Shown here in pieces: positions 1 to 9,387 of a DNA stretch of 64,000 nt (the first letter of the stretch is position 1; the number at the start of each line of letters is the position of its first letter). The DNA comes from a bacterium (GTDB taxonomy: Bacteria > UBA8248), in contig OZ241875.1 of assembly GCA_965203325.1 (NCBI GenBank), positions 1 through 64,000 on the forward strand. Reading direction: 5' to 3'. The notes below the pieces were generated by a model that saw only the letters and a list, made by a program, of their open reading frames with translations, made no database searches and was not told where the DNA came from. The position numbers and the translations under genes are program-made.

Positions 1-419
1 GTGCGCCTGGAGAACGCTTCAGCGTCCCTGGCAACGTACATATCCTGGGACTCATGAATACTGCGGATCGCTCTCTGGCGATTGTGGACTACGCGTTGCG
101 ACGCCGATTCGCGTTCGAGACGCTCATGCCCGCGTACGGTAAAGGGAAATTCCGAGAATACCTGCTGGAAGCGGACGTTGACCGGGTGCTCGTAGACCGG
201 ATTGATCGCAACCTGTCGGAGATCAATGAACGTATCCGTGACGACAAGGACCTCGGCCCCGGCTTCCAGATCGGACACAGTTACTTCGTACCCGAGGAGT
301 CGGCGGACGAGCAGTGGTACCTGGGCATCGTTGAAACCCAGATCGCGCCCCTGCTGCGCGAATACTGGTTCGACCGTCCCGAACAAGTAAATCGACTGGT
401 CGAGGATTTGCTACGGTGA
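1..419 (+). CDS. mcrB: McrB-family AAA+ GTPase, C-terminal part (5' end outside the window)
   Basis: Frame is open from the window start (..VPGNVHILGLMNTADRS..). Has the McrB signature MNTADRS, then DYALRRRF, IGHSYF and PLLREYWFD. Stop overlaps the mcrC start (GTGA). Confidence 0.92.
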   Translation, partial: APGERFSVPGNVHILGLMNTADRSLAIVDYALRRRFAFETLMPAYGKGKFREYLLEADVDRVLVDRIDRNLSEINERIRDDKDLGPGFQIGHSYFVPEESADEQWYLGIVETQIAPLLREYWFDRPEQVNRLVEDLLR

Positions 420-1456
420 AGGTCAGGAAAATCCCCATTGCCAACATTTACTACCTCCTTTGCTACGCTTGGGACCACGTCGAAGAGCGGGATGTGGTGC
501 GGCTGGAAGAATTGGAAGGACTGGATAGAGTACACGACCTCTTGGCCAAGGTACTGGCCAAGGGCACTTTCCGGTTGCTCCGCAGGGGCATCGAGCGCGG
601 CTACCGAGAGATGCGCGAGGACCTTGCCGGGATCCGCGGAAAGATCGCCGTGGCAGAGACGGTGAAACGGGCGTTACGCGCCCGTGGTCAGGTGACTTGT
701 GACTTCGAGGAACTGTCCCACGATGTGCTGCACAACCGGATCCTGCGCTCCACGCTGAGATCACTTCTCAGGCTCACGGACTTGAATTCGAACGTGCGCG
801 CCGAAGTCCGAAGCGCCTACACGAAGCTCGATGGCGTAAGCGTAGTGCCCCTGAACCGGCGGGTGTTCCAGCAGGTTTATATCGACCGTAACCGGCGATA
901 CTATCGATTTCTTTTATCCGTGTGCAGGCTTATCCATGAGCAGTTGCTTGTCGATGAGCGCTCCGGGGAGGCCACGTTCACCGATCTTAGCGAAGAGCGG
1001 ATGGAAAGATTGTACGAGGACTTCATCATCGAGTTCTATCGCCGAGAGCAGGACCATTACCGGGTCAACCATCGCGGGCGCACTATCGTGTGGGTGGACG
1101 ATGGCACGCCCGACCACCAGCGCTCGAAGCTTCCGCGCATGGAAGCCGATGTTATTCTCGAAGCGCCGGGTCGCCGGATCATCATGGATGCCAAGTATTA
1201 CCAAGAGGCCCTAGGCGGTCGTTACGGCGGGAAACTGCATTCGAACAATCTCTACCAGCTCCTTGCCTACTTGAGAAATCGCGAGGCTACCGAAGCGCCG
1301 GGACCCAGGCACGAAGGGATCCTGCTCTACCCGACAGTCGACTCGCCTGTGGCGATCGATGTCCACCTGGAAGGCTTCCCGGTCCGTGCCCGGAGCATCG
1401 ATCTTGCCCAGGATTGGCGCAACATCCATAACCAAATGCTGGCCTTGATCGAGTAA
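416..1456 (+). CDS. mcrC: McrC-family modification-dependent restriction endonuclease subunit
   Basis: N-terminal IPIANIYYLLCYAW. PD-(D/E)xK core MEADVIL..IMDAKYY, plus NLYQLLAY and GILLYP. Coupled to mcrB. Confidence 0.92.
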   Translation: MKVRKIPIANIYYLLCYAWDHVEERDVVRLEELEGLDRVHDLLAKVLAKGTFRLLRRGIERGYREMREDLAGIRGKIAVAETVKRALRARGQVTCDFEELSHDVLHNRILRSTLRSLLRLTDLNSNVRAEVRSAYTKLDGVSVVPLNRRVFQQVYIDRNRRYYRFLLSVCRLIHEQLLVDERSGEATFTDLSEERMERLYEDFIIEFYRREQDHYRVNHRGRTIVWVDDGTPDHQRSKLPRMEADVILEAPGRRIIMDAKYYQEALGGRYGGKLHSNNLYQLLAYLRNREATEAPGPRHEGILLYPTVDSPVAIDVHLEGFPVRARSIDLAQDWRNIHNQMLALIE

Positions 1457-1628
1457 TTGAATTGTATTTCATCTGAGCGTTGTCGTTGGCATGCGCAATA
1501 ACAACTGCCAAAAACCACACCTCTGTAGCAGAGTTAAATACTTATATTGCCTATGTCGTCTGCCCATCTCTGATATGACTAGGGACGCTCTCAGATTCGC
1601 TTCTACCTAAATTTCTGAATCCGCGCTC

Positions 1629-2981
1629 TCACCCCCCCGGACGCTCGACGGTCTCGCCGTACCCCGCACGTCCGGTCACCTCGCCGTCTTCCATCACGAC
1701 TTCGCCGCGCACGAGCGTCATCACGGGCGCGCCCTTCATCGTCCAGCCGTCGAACGGCGTCCACTTGCACTTGGATACGATGTCCTCATCGCGCAGCGTC
1801 TCCTCTAAGTCCATGTCCACGACGATGAAGTCTGCATCCGCGCCCACCTGGATGCACCCCTTGCGGGGATGGATGTTGAAGACGCGCGCGGGCTGCTCGC
1901 AGCAGATGCGCACCATCTGGTTCAGGGTCAGGACGCCCTCGTTCACGGCGTTCAGCATCAGGCGCACCGTCGTCTCCACGCCCGGTATCCCGAAGGGCGC
2001 GTCGTGGATGTTCTCGAGGCCGTCCACCTTCCGCTGGCGGGGGAAGGGGCAGTGGTCGGTGCCGATGGTGTCCACCATGTCGCGTCCCAGGGCTACGCGC
2101 ATCCCGTCGCGCGTCTCCGCCGAGCGGATGACCGGCGTGAATTTCACGAACGGCCCCAGCTCTTCCAGATGCGAATGGTCGAGATAGAAATACTGGGGGC
2201 AGCTTTCGGCGAAGATTCTCGCGCCGCGCCCACGCGCAGCCTGGATGGCATCGAGCAGTACGGGCTGGCTCACGTGCGCCACCAGTACCTTGCAACCCGT
2301 GAGTTCGGCAAGCGCCACGGCGTCCAGCGTCGCCACGTACTCGCTCTCGGGGTTTCGCCAGTCGCTGATGCACATGTAGTCCGTCCGGTTATCGGCGTCT
2401 ATTTTTTCTTTCGATTTCCTGAGGATGGAGTCGCTCTCGCAGTGCAGCATCACCGTGCCGCCGAAGGAATTGACCTCGTGCATGATGTTGAGCAGCACCC
2501 CCTCGGACAGGTCGGGCACGCCGTGGAGCTCGCACATGAAGCCCTTGAAGCCCAGCGCGCCGCCCTCCCACATGGGGTGCAAGTGCTCCAGATTATCGAC
2601 GTCCAAGCCCCCGAGTTGGCCGAAATCCACCACCGAGCGCGAGTCGATGTAGGCCGTCTTGTCCTCTAGGATTTCCCGCGTGTAGACGAGCGGGTCGCTC
2701 CGGTGGTGGTCGATCACGGTGGTGATGCCGCCCCTGGCCGCCGCCTCGGTGCCCGTCGTCCAGTCCTCCCGGTCCGTGAAGCCCGGGTCCATCATGTGGA
2801 CGTGCTCATCCACCATGCCCGGCAGGAGATGGCGGCCCGCGGCGTCTATCTCTCTCGCCGCTCCCGTCTCGGCCTTATGGGTGATGGCGGCGATCCGCCC
2901 CCCCTCCACATAGACGCAGCCCTCGTAGGTGTCCGTGGGCGTCACGATTTTCGCGTTCTTGATCAAAAGCTCGGCGCTCAT
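1629..2981 (-). CDS. Cyclic amidohydrolase (dihydroorotase/allantoinase/hydantoinase family)
   Basis: Metal ligands DEHVH, FKGFM (Lys), LHCE, AHVS and GTDHCP. Also G.IQVGADADF and SKCKWTPFDG. Confidence 0.88.
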   Translation of the reverse strand: MSAELLIKNAKIVTPTDTYEGCVYVEGGRIAAITHKAETGAAREIDAAGRHLLPGMVDEHVHMMDPGFTDREDWTTGTEAAARGGITTVIDHHRSDPLVYTREILEDKTAYIDSRSVVDFGQLGGLDVDNLEHLHPMWEGGALGFKGFMCELHGVPDLSEGVLLNIMHEVNSFGGTVMLHCESDSILRKSKEKIDADNRTDYMCISDWRNPESEYVATLDAVALAELTGCKVLVAHVSQPVLLDAIQAARGRGARIFAESCPQYFYLDHSHLEELGPFVKFTPVIRSAETRDGMRVALGRDMVDTIGTDHCPFPRQRKVDGLENIHDAPFGIPGVETTVRLMLNAVNEGVLTLNQMVRICCEQPARVFNIHPRKGCIQVGADADFIVVDMDLEETLRDEDIVSKCKWTPFDGWTMKGAPVMTLVRGEVVMEDGEVTGRAGYGETVERPGG

Positions 2982-3182
2982 GCGGTTGCCCTCTTATGAT
3001 TGGCGATTCGGCATCAAACTTCGCGTGGTTCGAGAATGCAGGCATTATGACGCATAAGAGCGTTGAGCGGAAGAAGCGAGGAATTCTCAAATCGGATTTC
3101 TTGCTTTGTTTGGTCGTGATATTTTGGCAGCTGCGCCCAAAATGACAAAATGATTATCGCCAGCAATCAGGGAGGTTCTGGT

Positions 3183-4277
3183 TTGACCAAGAAATATGAA
3201 GGAAGAAAAATAGTCTTAATTTTAGGTGCGGGTTGTACCCGCAGCGAAGGAACTAGAGAAAAAAAACCTCCATTAGACAAGAATTTTTTTACAGAATCCC
3301 GCCGAACAAACAAAGAGGAAGTGGAGCCCATACGAGAGTATTTTTTAGACAATTATAATTTTGATATTTGTGATAACGAGCGGGGATATGATTCACTCGA
3401 AGATGTGATGGTGAGGTTGTTCGCAGATTCCAATGATACGTCGATGAAACAAATTGCGTATAAAAATTTCTTGAATCTTATAAAATTGTTTAATAGAAGG
3501 TTGGCGCACACTACGAACGAGATAAAACCTCACCCAAGGTCAAATTTATTTAGGATAATAGTTAGTTTTTTGAATGATGGCGCAAAACCAAAAGATTTAT
3601 CCATCATTACATTTAACCAAGATATTCAAATAGAAAAGACTCTGAACTCTATCGAGAAAATTGGAAAATATCAAAAATTTGGGCCGCTTTTGAATTTTCC
3701 ATATTGCTATAGGGTATCTCATAATCGTGAAATGTCTGCTACAAAACCAAAGGGTTCCACAGATACATTTGCTGAAGGGAAATCTAAAGATAAAGGAATT
3801 CAAATCCTGAAATTACACGGCTCCTTAAATTGGTATTCTGTTCATAAGTCGCCAAATGTAGGAGCAAACACATTGTTTAAGCGTGATAAAAAATTGCGTT
3901 ATACATCAAGAAAAACAATTCATTCAGAAATGAAATATATGGGTGGCAAAAGACGCCAATACACATTTCCAATAATTGTTCCACCAGTTCCCCACAAATC
4001 TGCAATATTTAACATAGGAATACCTCCTTTATGGGCCGAGGCATCAAAAAGGCTAAAAAATGCGACTGATGTTGTTGTATTCGGATATTCTTGCCCAGAA
4101 ATGGACTATGAGAGTTCAAATTTAATCCAAAAAACTCTTGGTTCTAAAAAATTAGAAACATTCTCGATCATAGATATATCTCCAGAGGTTATTCCTAGAT
4201 TTTGGGAACTTACAAGAAAAGAGCGGATTTTCTATTATTCTAGTGCCGATGCATACATAAATTCGAACCAAGAATAA
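3183..4277 (+). CDS. Stand-alone SIR2-like (SIR2_2) domain protein, AT-rich
   Basis: Motifs ILGAG, IITFNQD, LKLHGSLNW, IVPP and VVFGYS. Start set at TTG 3183 after GGAGG (ORF track start 3150). Spot count 15/60 GC at 3541-3600. Confidence 0.8.
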   Translation: MTKKYEGRKIVLILGAGCTRSEGTREKKPPLDKNFFTESRRTNKEEVEPIREYFLDNYNFDICDNERGYDSLEDVMVRLFADSNDTSMKQIAYKNFLNLIKLFNRRLAHTTNEIKPHPRSNLFRIIVSFLNDGAKPKDLSIITFNQDIQIEKTLNSIEKIGKYQKFGPLLNFPYCYRVSHNREMSATKPKGSTDTFAEGKSKDKGIQILKLHGSLNWYSVHKSPNVGANTLFKRDKKLRYTSRKTIHSEMKYMGGKRRQYTFPIIVPPVPHKSAIFNIGIPPLWAEASKRLKNATDVVVFGYSCPEMDYESSNLIQKTLGSKKLETFSIIDISPEVIPRFWELTRKERIFYYSSADAYINSNQE

Positions 4278-4317
4278 CACTCTCTGCTTTCTGTGACATG
4301 GTGAAATTCACTCCCCC

Positions 4318-5214
4318 CTAATTCACCCCCGTCGCTTTCGGCGCGACCCCTAGCTCCCGCCTTTTTTGAATCACGCCCGAGAGGCGGTACCATTCCGCGC
4401 GGCCGGGGTCGATGCGAGAGCCGCGCTCGATGAGGCGCGAGGCGAAGTCCGGCTCCTTGTTCAGGTAGACGAGCAGGGAGGCGAGGTTCAGGAGCACGCC
4501 CACGTCTTCGGGTGATAATTCCTCCGCCGCTCTCAGCACTTTTTCCGCCTCTTCGTAGCGGTACTGGGAGACCAGGTATCTAGCGTACCTGTTGGAGACG
4601 ACTGGGTTCTCGGGGTCGAGTTCGCGGGCATTTCTGTATGCCGCGAGCGTTTCCTCCAGATCACCCGCATCGTCCATCATCTTCGCCAGGGCGAGCCAGG
4701 CGTCCACGTTTCCGGGGTTGAGCTCAAGATCGCGGCGGACGAGCGCAAGCGCGGCCTCGTCTTTTTTCTTCTCCATGAGCGCCAGGGCGCGTTCGTAATG
4801 CGCGCTCGTCGTTTTCTGGAGAATCGAAAAACCCTCGTCCGATTCGATGATTCTCGACGTGGCGCCCAGCTTCAAATCCCGCACCTCGGCCCGGACGCCG
4901 ACGCTGAACTCAGAAGGCTCGGCCTTGCGGACCGCGACCGCTTTATCCCTGAACTCCCGGGCCACCTTGCGGAAGGGAATCCCGAGGATGGCCGTCTTGT
5001 CATACGCCTCTTTCGCCGCCTCGTAGTCGGGAAGCGTCAGCACGCGGAAAAAATGCGCCTCTTCGGGTTTTTTCACCCCTGGTCGTTTTGTTTCGAGCGC
5101 CGGCTTCTTCTCCTCCTTGGGAAGGAAGAGGGCGCGGATGTTCGCGCAGCCCGCCGGCAGCAATAACACAGACGATATGACGATGATTTCCCAGAGACGC
5201 CTGCGTTCGCGCAT
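4318..5214 (-). CDS. Lipoprotein with a parvulin/PpiC-like region and TPR repeats
   Basis: Signal peptide with lipobox LPAG-C. F..VAREF..LKLGATSRIIESDEGFSIL resembles a rotamase. Several TPR-like helices (LNPGNVDAWLALA, LDPENPVVSNRYA). Alternative start 5238. Confidence 0.65.
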   Translation of the reverse strand: MRERRRLWEIIVISSVLLLPAGCANIRALFLPKEEKKPALETKRPGVKKPEEAHFFRVLTLPDYEAAKEAYDKTAILGIPFRKVAREFRDKAVAVRKAEPSEFSVGVRAEVRDLKLGATSRIIESDEGFSILQKTTSAHYERALALMEKKKDEAALALVRRDLELNPGNVDAWLALAKMMDDAGDLEETLAAYRNARELDPENPVVSNRYARYLVSQYRYEEAEKVLRAAEELSPEDVGVLLNLASLLVYLNKEPDFASRLIERGSRIDPGRAEWYRLSGVIQKRRELGVAPKATGVN

Positions 5215-5221
5215 GGGGGAG

Positions 5222-5854
5222 CTAGGCTTCCGCGCCATCGGCGGTGGCGCGCTCGAAGGCTTGCTGAAAGATTTCCATGGGCTGCGCGCCCGTGATCCTG
5301 TATTTGCCGGCGAAATCGACCGTGGGTGTCGACTGTATTCCTGCGTTGACCGCCTCGACGTGATCCGCCCAGACGCGCTTTTCCATATCGGGGTCGGCCA
5401 TGACCTCGCGCATTATTGAAGGCTCCGCTCCCAGCCGCTCGGCGGCGGCCACGAGTACGTCAGCGTCGTCGATGCTCAGGCATTCGACCAGATGCGTTCG
5501 CTCCACGGCTTCGAGATATTCGCCCTCGCGTTCGGGAAGTTGGGCGGCGAAGGCCTTTATCGCAATCGCGCCGGGCGTGGAATGCGGGTAGGGAAAGTCG
5601 CGGCGCCCCATGAGTTCGGGATTGATCGCCTCGCCGCCGGGGTGGCTTTTCGCCATCGCCCAGTGGCCCATAATGGCTTCCTTGCGGGCCGGGCGATGGT
5701 CCGGCTCGGGCGAGAGCAGAAAGGCGCGGTATCGAATGGCGAGGCGCCCGCCGGCCTGCTCGCTCAGTGTTCGCAACCGCCCGGTCGCGATAAGGCACCA
5801 GGCTCAGTGGACGCAATAGGTATAAATGGCTTCTACGACGGATTCGTTCGGCAA
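5222..5854 (-). CDS. DsbA/FrnE-like thioredoxin-fold protein, probable selenoprotein (UxxC)
   Basis: Frame extends upstream of the ORF-track start through an in-frame TGA (5804-5806): YTYCVH-U-AWC. TTG start 5854 has a GAGGA RBS (or ATG 5869). C-terminal GIQSTPT..ITGAQP is typical of FrnE/DsbA. Confidence 0.8.
5771..5790 (-). promoter_or_regulatory. Putative bacterial SECIS hairpin
   Basis: UCGCGACC-GGGC-GGUUGCGA: 8-bp stem with one G-U pair and a G-initial tetraloop that starts 21 nt after the UGA. Confidence 0.7.
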
Positions 5855-5935
5855 TGTACCTGTCCTCATCGTTCGGCGGACTTTGGGGCGCAATCCTTTC
5901 ATTTTGAGCTATGCGGCGCAAACGCCCCGGGCGGA

Positions 5936-6616
5936 TCAGCGCAGATATTCCTGCGTATGCCGGGCGCGCGAAGAATTCCGGGAGAGACGGCCCCTCAGGG
6001 CCTCCAGATCATCCGCATCGTCCACGTCGCGCCATTCGGGAAGGAGGGCAGTCCCGACCCCGAGTGCGGCGGCTTTCTCCATCGTGTGCGGGAACACCTC
6101 GCTCGTGCTCCAGGGAATGCCGGTGAAAATTTCAGGCAGGAACCGGTTCATCCCGATCAAGTAGTAGCCCCCGTCCGCCGCGGGACCGAGCGTAATTTTG
6201 GGTTCATTCCCGCACTCCAGCTTCTCGAACGCATCTATCAGAATTTCATGCGGCAGATCCGGGAAATCCGTGCCGATGAGCACAGTATTCCTCCCGAAAG
6301 TGAGGCATCGTCCCAGCGCCGCCGCCATGCGCGCGCCTAAGTCCGCGCCCGTTTGCGCTCTGTGGAGAAAGGCGCCGGGCAGCCAGTCCGTGAGCGGAAA
6401 CTCGTCGAGTGATTCGCCTTGCTCCAGCGCCCACTCGCAGACGAGACCGACGCCCGGCCTCGCATCGCAAAGCAAGCGCGCCGTCCCGGCGGCGTCTCGC
6501 AGGAAACACGCATAAAGACGCGCGGCCCCCTCGCGCCCGAGGCTTTCTGCGAGGCGCGTCTTCACCCGGCCGGCGAGGGGCGGTTTAGCGAACAGGATGA
6601 GGGACTCGACCGGCAT
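5936..6616 (-). CDS. CofC-like transferase (DUF2064/TIGR04282 family)
   Basis: Motifs FAKPPLAGRVKTRLA, QTGADLGARM, LIGTDFP, LGPAADGGYYLIG, IPWST and DVDDADDL. Confidence 0.88.
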   Translation of the reverse strand: MPVESLILFAKPPLAGRVKTRLAESLGREGAARLYACFLRDAAGTARLLCDARPGVGLVCEWALEQGESLDEFPLTDWLPGAFLHRAQTGADLGARMAAALGRCLTFGRNTVLIGTDFPDLPHEILIDAFEKLECGNEPKITLGPAADGGYYLIGMNRFLPEIFTGIPWSTSEVFPHTMEKAAALGVGTALLPEWRDVDDADDLEALRGRLSRNSSRARHTQEYLR

Positions 6617-6725
6617 CTGCGTTCCTGTGAGATAAGAGTCTGTGGAGTAAAGCCCGGCGTCTTGTTAGAATCATACCCTCGTTTGATTATCATTTCGCGT
6701 CACACTGAGCAAAAAGGACACCAAC

Positions 6726-7169
6726 ATGGAATTCAACCAGGAGATTACCGTCGCCGCCCCCCGGGAGAAGGTGTGGGACTTCATCTGGCAGGTCGAGGAG
6801 TTCGCCGCCTGCGTGCCCGGCGTGAAGGACGTGGAGAAAATAGACGATGCGACCTACGGCGTGCGTGTCGAGCAGAAGGTAAGTTTCCTCAAGGCGAGCT
6901 TTCAGCTTCAGGTCAACATCGAGGAGGTCCGCGCGCCCGAGTACATCCGCACGGTGGGCGAGGGGAAGGACTCTAAAATCGCGGCGAGCCTCAAGCAGAA
7001 AAACGAGGTGACGCTCGAGGCCGTCTCAGAGAACGAAACCAGGGTGCGCATCGACTCGAGCGTCGACGTGTTCGGTAAGCTCGGCTCGCTGGGCTTCACC
7101 GTCATCAAGAACCAGGCGAACAAGATATTCGCCGAGTTCGCAAAGAACGTGAAGGCGAAAGTGGAGTAG
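6726..7169 (+). CDS. CoxG/SRPBCC domain protein
   Basis: APREKVWDFI..FAACVPG and VFGKLGSLG. AAGGA RBS. Confidence 0.82.
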   Translation: MEFNQEITVAAPREKVWDFIWQVEEFAACVPGVKDVEKIDDATYGVRVEQKVSFLKASFQLQVNIEEVRAPEYIRTVGEGKDSKIAASLKQKNEVTLEAVSENETRVRIDSSVDVFGKLGSLGFTVIKNQANKIFAEFAKNVKAKVE

Positions 7170-7329
7170 GGGCGGAAGCCTCCCGCCGCGCGGCGCGCCG
7201 CCGCAGTTTGCCGCACCACCGTTTGGCTGGGTTCGTCATTCCGGTGCCAGCCCCGACTGAGGAGAACAGTGATTCACTCCCGGTCGGCTCAATACGCAGA
7301 ATTACGAAGTGAGGCTTTTCCCAACCCCC

Positions 7330-7806
7330 TCACGGCCGCTTGACGATCCACTCCTCCACCAGTTCGCAGCCGCTCTCGCGGTAGAGCGCGGAGATGGGGC
7401 AGCGCCCGTGGTGCTGGCGCTTGAGTTCGGCCACCCGCTCCTCAGGCTCATCCGTGGTCAGGTGGATTTTCGCCTCCACGTAATCGAAGTTCGGGCTGAT
7501 GCCGTTGTCCGGGTCCTTGGCGCCCCGGGGGTCGGCCGTGCCGCGAACCTCCACCTCCTGGGCGATGACGTTGAAATCGAGCCCCTCGGCCACCTTGTTC
7601 GTGATGACCGTGATGCAGGCGGAAAGCGCGCCGAGCGCCAGTTCGCGCGGCGTGGGGCCCGTGTCGGTTCCCCCGCCCTGCGCCGGTTCATCGGCGACGA
7701 AGGCGTGCTTGCGCGCTTTCAGTTCCACCCGGCAGCCCTCCGCGCGCGTGGCGCGTACGCGGCGCTCCTGCTTGGCCATCACTTCCTTGTCTACGGATTC
7801 CACCAT
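7330..7806 (-). CDS. OsmC/Ohr family protein
   Basis: DEPAQGGGTDTGPTPRELALGALSAC...RCPIS, with two conserved Cys. AGGAG RBS. Confidence 0.88.
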   Translation of the reverse strand: MVESVDKEVMAKQERRVRATRAEGCRVELKARKHAFVADEPAQGGGTDTGPTPRELALGALSACITVITNKVAEGLDFNVIAQEVEVRGTADPRGAKDPDNGISPNFDYVEAKIHLTTDEPEERVAELKRQHHGRCPISALYRESGCELVEEWIVKRP

Positions 7807-7857
7807 CGGTATTTCTCCTTGGGAATATGAAAACGAATGCGTCTTCGCGAATAAAAC

Positions 7858-8919
7858 CTAGTCGAACACCACCGCCGCTCTTCCGGTCACCCGGTTTTCC
7901 AAGAGCGCCTGGAAGGCGGTTTCGGTCTCCTCGAGCGGGAAGGTCTCGGTGACGATGGGTTTGATTTTCCCCTGCTGAATCAACGCAAGCGATTGTCCAA
8001 GTTCTTCCATCGAGCAGTAGCGCGAGCCGTGAATCTCCTGCGCGTAGGTGAGAAGCTGGAGCGGGTCGACGGTGAAGTTGGGCGATACGTTGTTGTACGC
8101 CGGCGCCGGGCGGTAGCCCACGATCACCAGCTTGCCCCCGCGTCCGATGCTGGCCACGCCGGCTTCGAGCGTCTCGCGCGAGGCCACGTAGTCGATGTAG
8201 GCGTCCACCCCTCGCCCGTCGGTGAGCGAGAGGATTTCCTCCACCGTGTCGGTCTGCGCGGGGTTCAGTGTGGCGAAGGCCCCGAGTTGGGATACCATAT
8301 CGAGTTTTTTCTCCGACACGTCGATTCCGATCACGTGGCCGCCGCAAACCTGGGCCATCTGCACCGCGTGTATCGCCACGCCGCCGCCCGCGCCCACGAT
8401 CGCCACCACGTCGCCGGGTTTTATCTGCGCCTCGGCCACGCAGTTGTGGTAGGGCGTGCAGATGGCGTCCGCCGCCACGCAGGCGTCGAGCGAACTCACG
8501 CCGCCTGGAATCTTGCACAGGTTCACGGCGGGGACGGTCGTGTATTCGGCGTAGCCCCCGTCCATGACGAGGCCGACGTATCCCCGGAAATTCTCGCAAA
8601 GCGTCTCGCGCCCGCTGCGGCAATAGCGGCAGTTGTGGCAGGTGAGGTAGAAGTGGCACGTCACGTGATCGCCCACGCCCACGTTCGTGACGTGGGAGCC
8701 TGTCTCGACGACCTCGCCCGCGATCTCGTGTCCCAGGATTCGGGGATACTCATCCACCAGCCCCGGCGTGCTGCGCATGATGACCAGCGTGAGGCCCACG
8801 CCCGTGGCCTTGAGCCGCACCAGCGCGTCGTTCGGCCCCGGCTGGGGCACCGGAACTTCTTCGAACTGAAACGATCCGCCAAGCTCATGAAGCCGCATTG
8901 CTTTCATCGTGGATGCCAT
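7858..8919 (-). CDS. Zn-binding medium-chain alcohol dehydrogenase family protein
   Basis: LGHEIAG, structural Zn motif CHNCRYC..LC and Rossmann GAGGGVA. The usual catalytic Cys is absent (ATGVGLT). Confidence 0.88.
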   Translation of the reverse strand: MASTMKAMRLHELGGSFQFEEVPVPQPGPNDALVRLKATGVGLTLVIMRSTPGLVDEYPRILGHEIAGEVVETGSHVTNVGVGDHVTCHFYLTCHNCRYCRSGRETLCENFRGYVGLVMDGGYAEYTTVPAVNLCKIPGGVSSLDACVAADAICTPYHNCVAEAQIKPGDVVAIVGAGGGVAIHAVQMAQVCGGHVIGIDVSEKKLDMVSQLGAFATLNPAQTDTVEEILSLTDGRGVDAYIDYVASRETLEAGVASIGRGGKLVIVGYRPAPAYNNVSPNFTVDPLQLLTYAQEIHGSRYCSMEELGQSLALIQQGKIKPIVTETFPLEETETAFQALLENRVTGRAAVVFD

Positions 8920-9038
8920 CTCTTCGCCTCCTCAGGTCGTAACGGGCGCGCTGGCCGCGTCGAGTGGATGTATGAAATGCGCCATAGGACTGTAAGGTTT
9001 TTCATCCGCCCTGAAAAGAGGGGAGGGGTGTTGAGGGG

Positions 9039-9371
9039 CTATCGGCCGGTGCCCGATACGGCCGCTTGTTCGCTTTGCTGTGCGTCGAGTTGGAGAGTAA
9101 CCCGGATGCGCCCATCGAGGGCGGCGAGCATCTTCATCAGCCGATCCAGCGTGAAGCGCCCGAGAGACGCGTTGCGTATTCGCGAGAAATCCGCCGCGGC
9201 GAAACCGGTCATGCTCGCGGCCTTTCGCACGGTGAGGTTGCGTTCGTCCAGCACCGTGATGATTCGGGCGGCGAGGATCGCTTTGGCCTGCTTCAAATCC
9301 GCATGAGGGTCGTCGAAGTCCCGAAAGACGTTTCCGCTTCCCCGAACCAATTCGAAATCGTTTTCATTCAT
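9039..9371 (-). CDS. XRE-type HTH protein (HTH_37, HigA-like antitoxin type)
   Basis: Starts MNENDFELVRGSGNVFRDFD..KAILAARI, then HTH and RFTLDRL. GAGGAAGG RBS before ATG 9371. Confidence 0.82.
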   Translation of the reverse strand: MNENDFELVRGSGNVFRDFDDPHADLKQAKAILAARIITVLDERNLTVRKAASMTGFAAADFSRIRNASLGRFTLDRLMKMLAALDGRIRVTLQLDAQQSEQAAVSGTGR

Positions 9372-9387
9372 TGCTGTAAGTCCTTCC

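Noticed and set aside
3183..4277. Assignment to Thoeris, DSR or Sir2-HerA
   Set aside because: No partner genes or additional domains are present.
5804..5806. In-frame TGA read as a pseudogene lesion
   Set aside because: It sits exactly at the catalytic Cys position and is followed by a SECIS-like hairpin, so Sec is the better explanation. Not proven.
7166..7190. GTAGGGGCGG..CCGCC as another REP
   Set aside because: Short imperfect stem without the CATATATG centre. It may simply be a GC-rich terminator-like hairpin.
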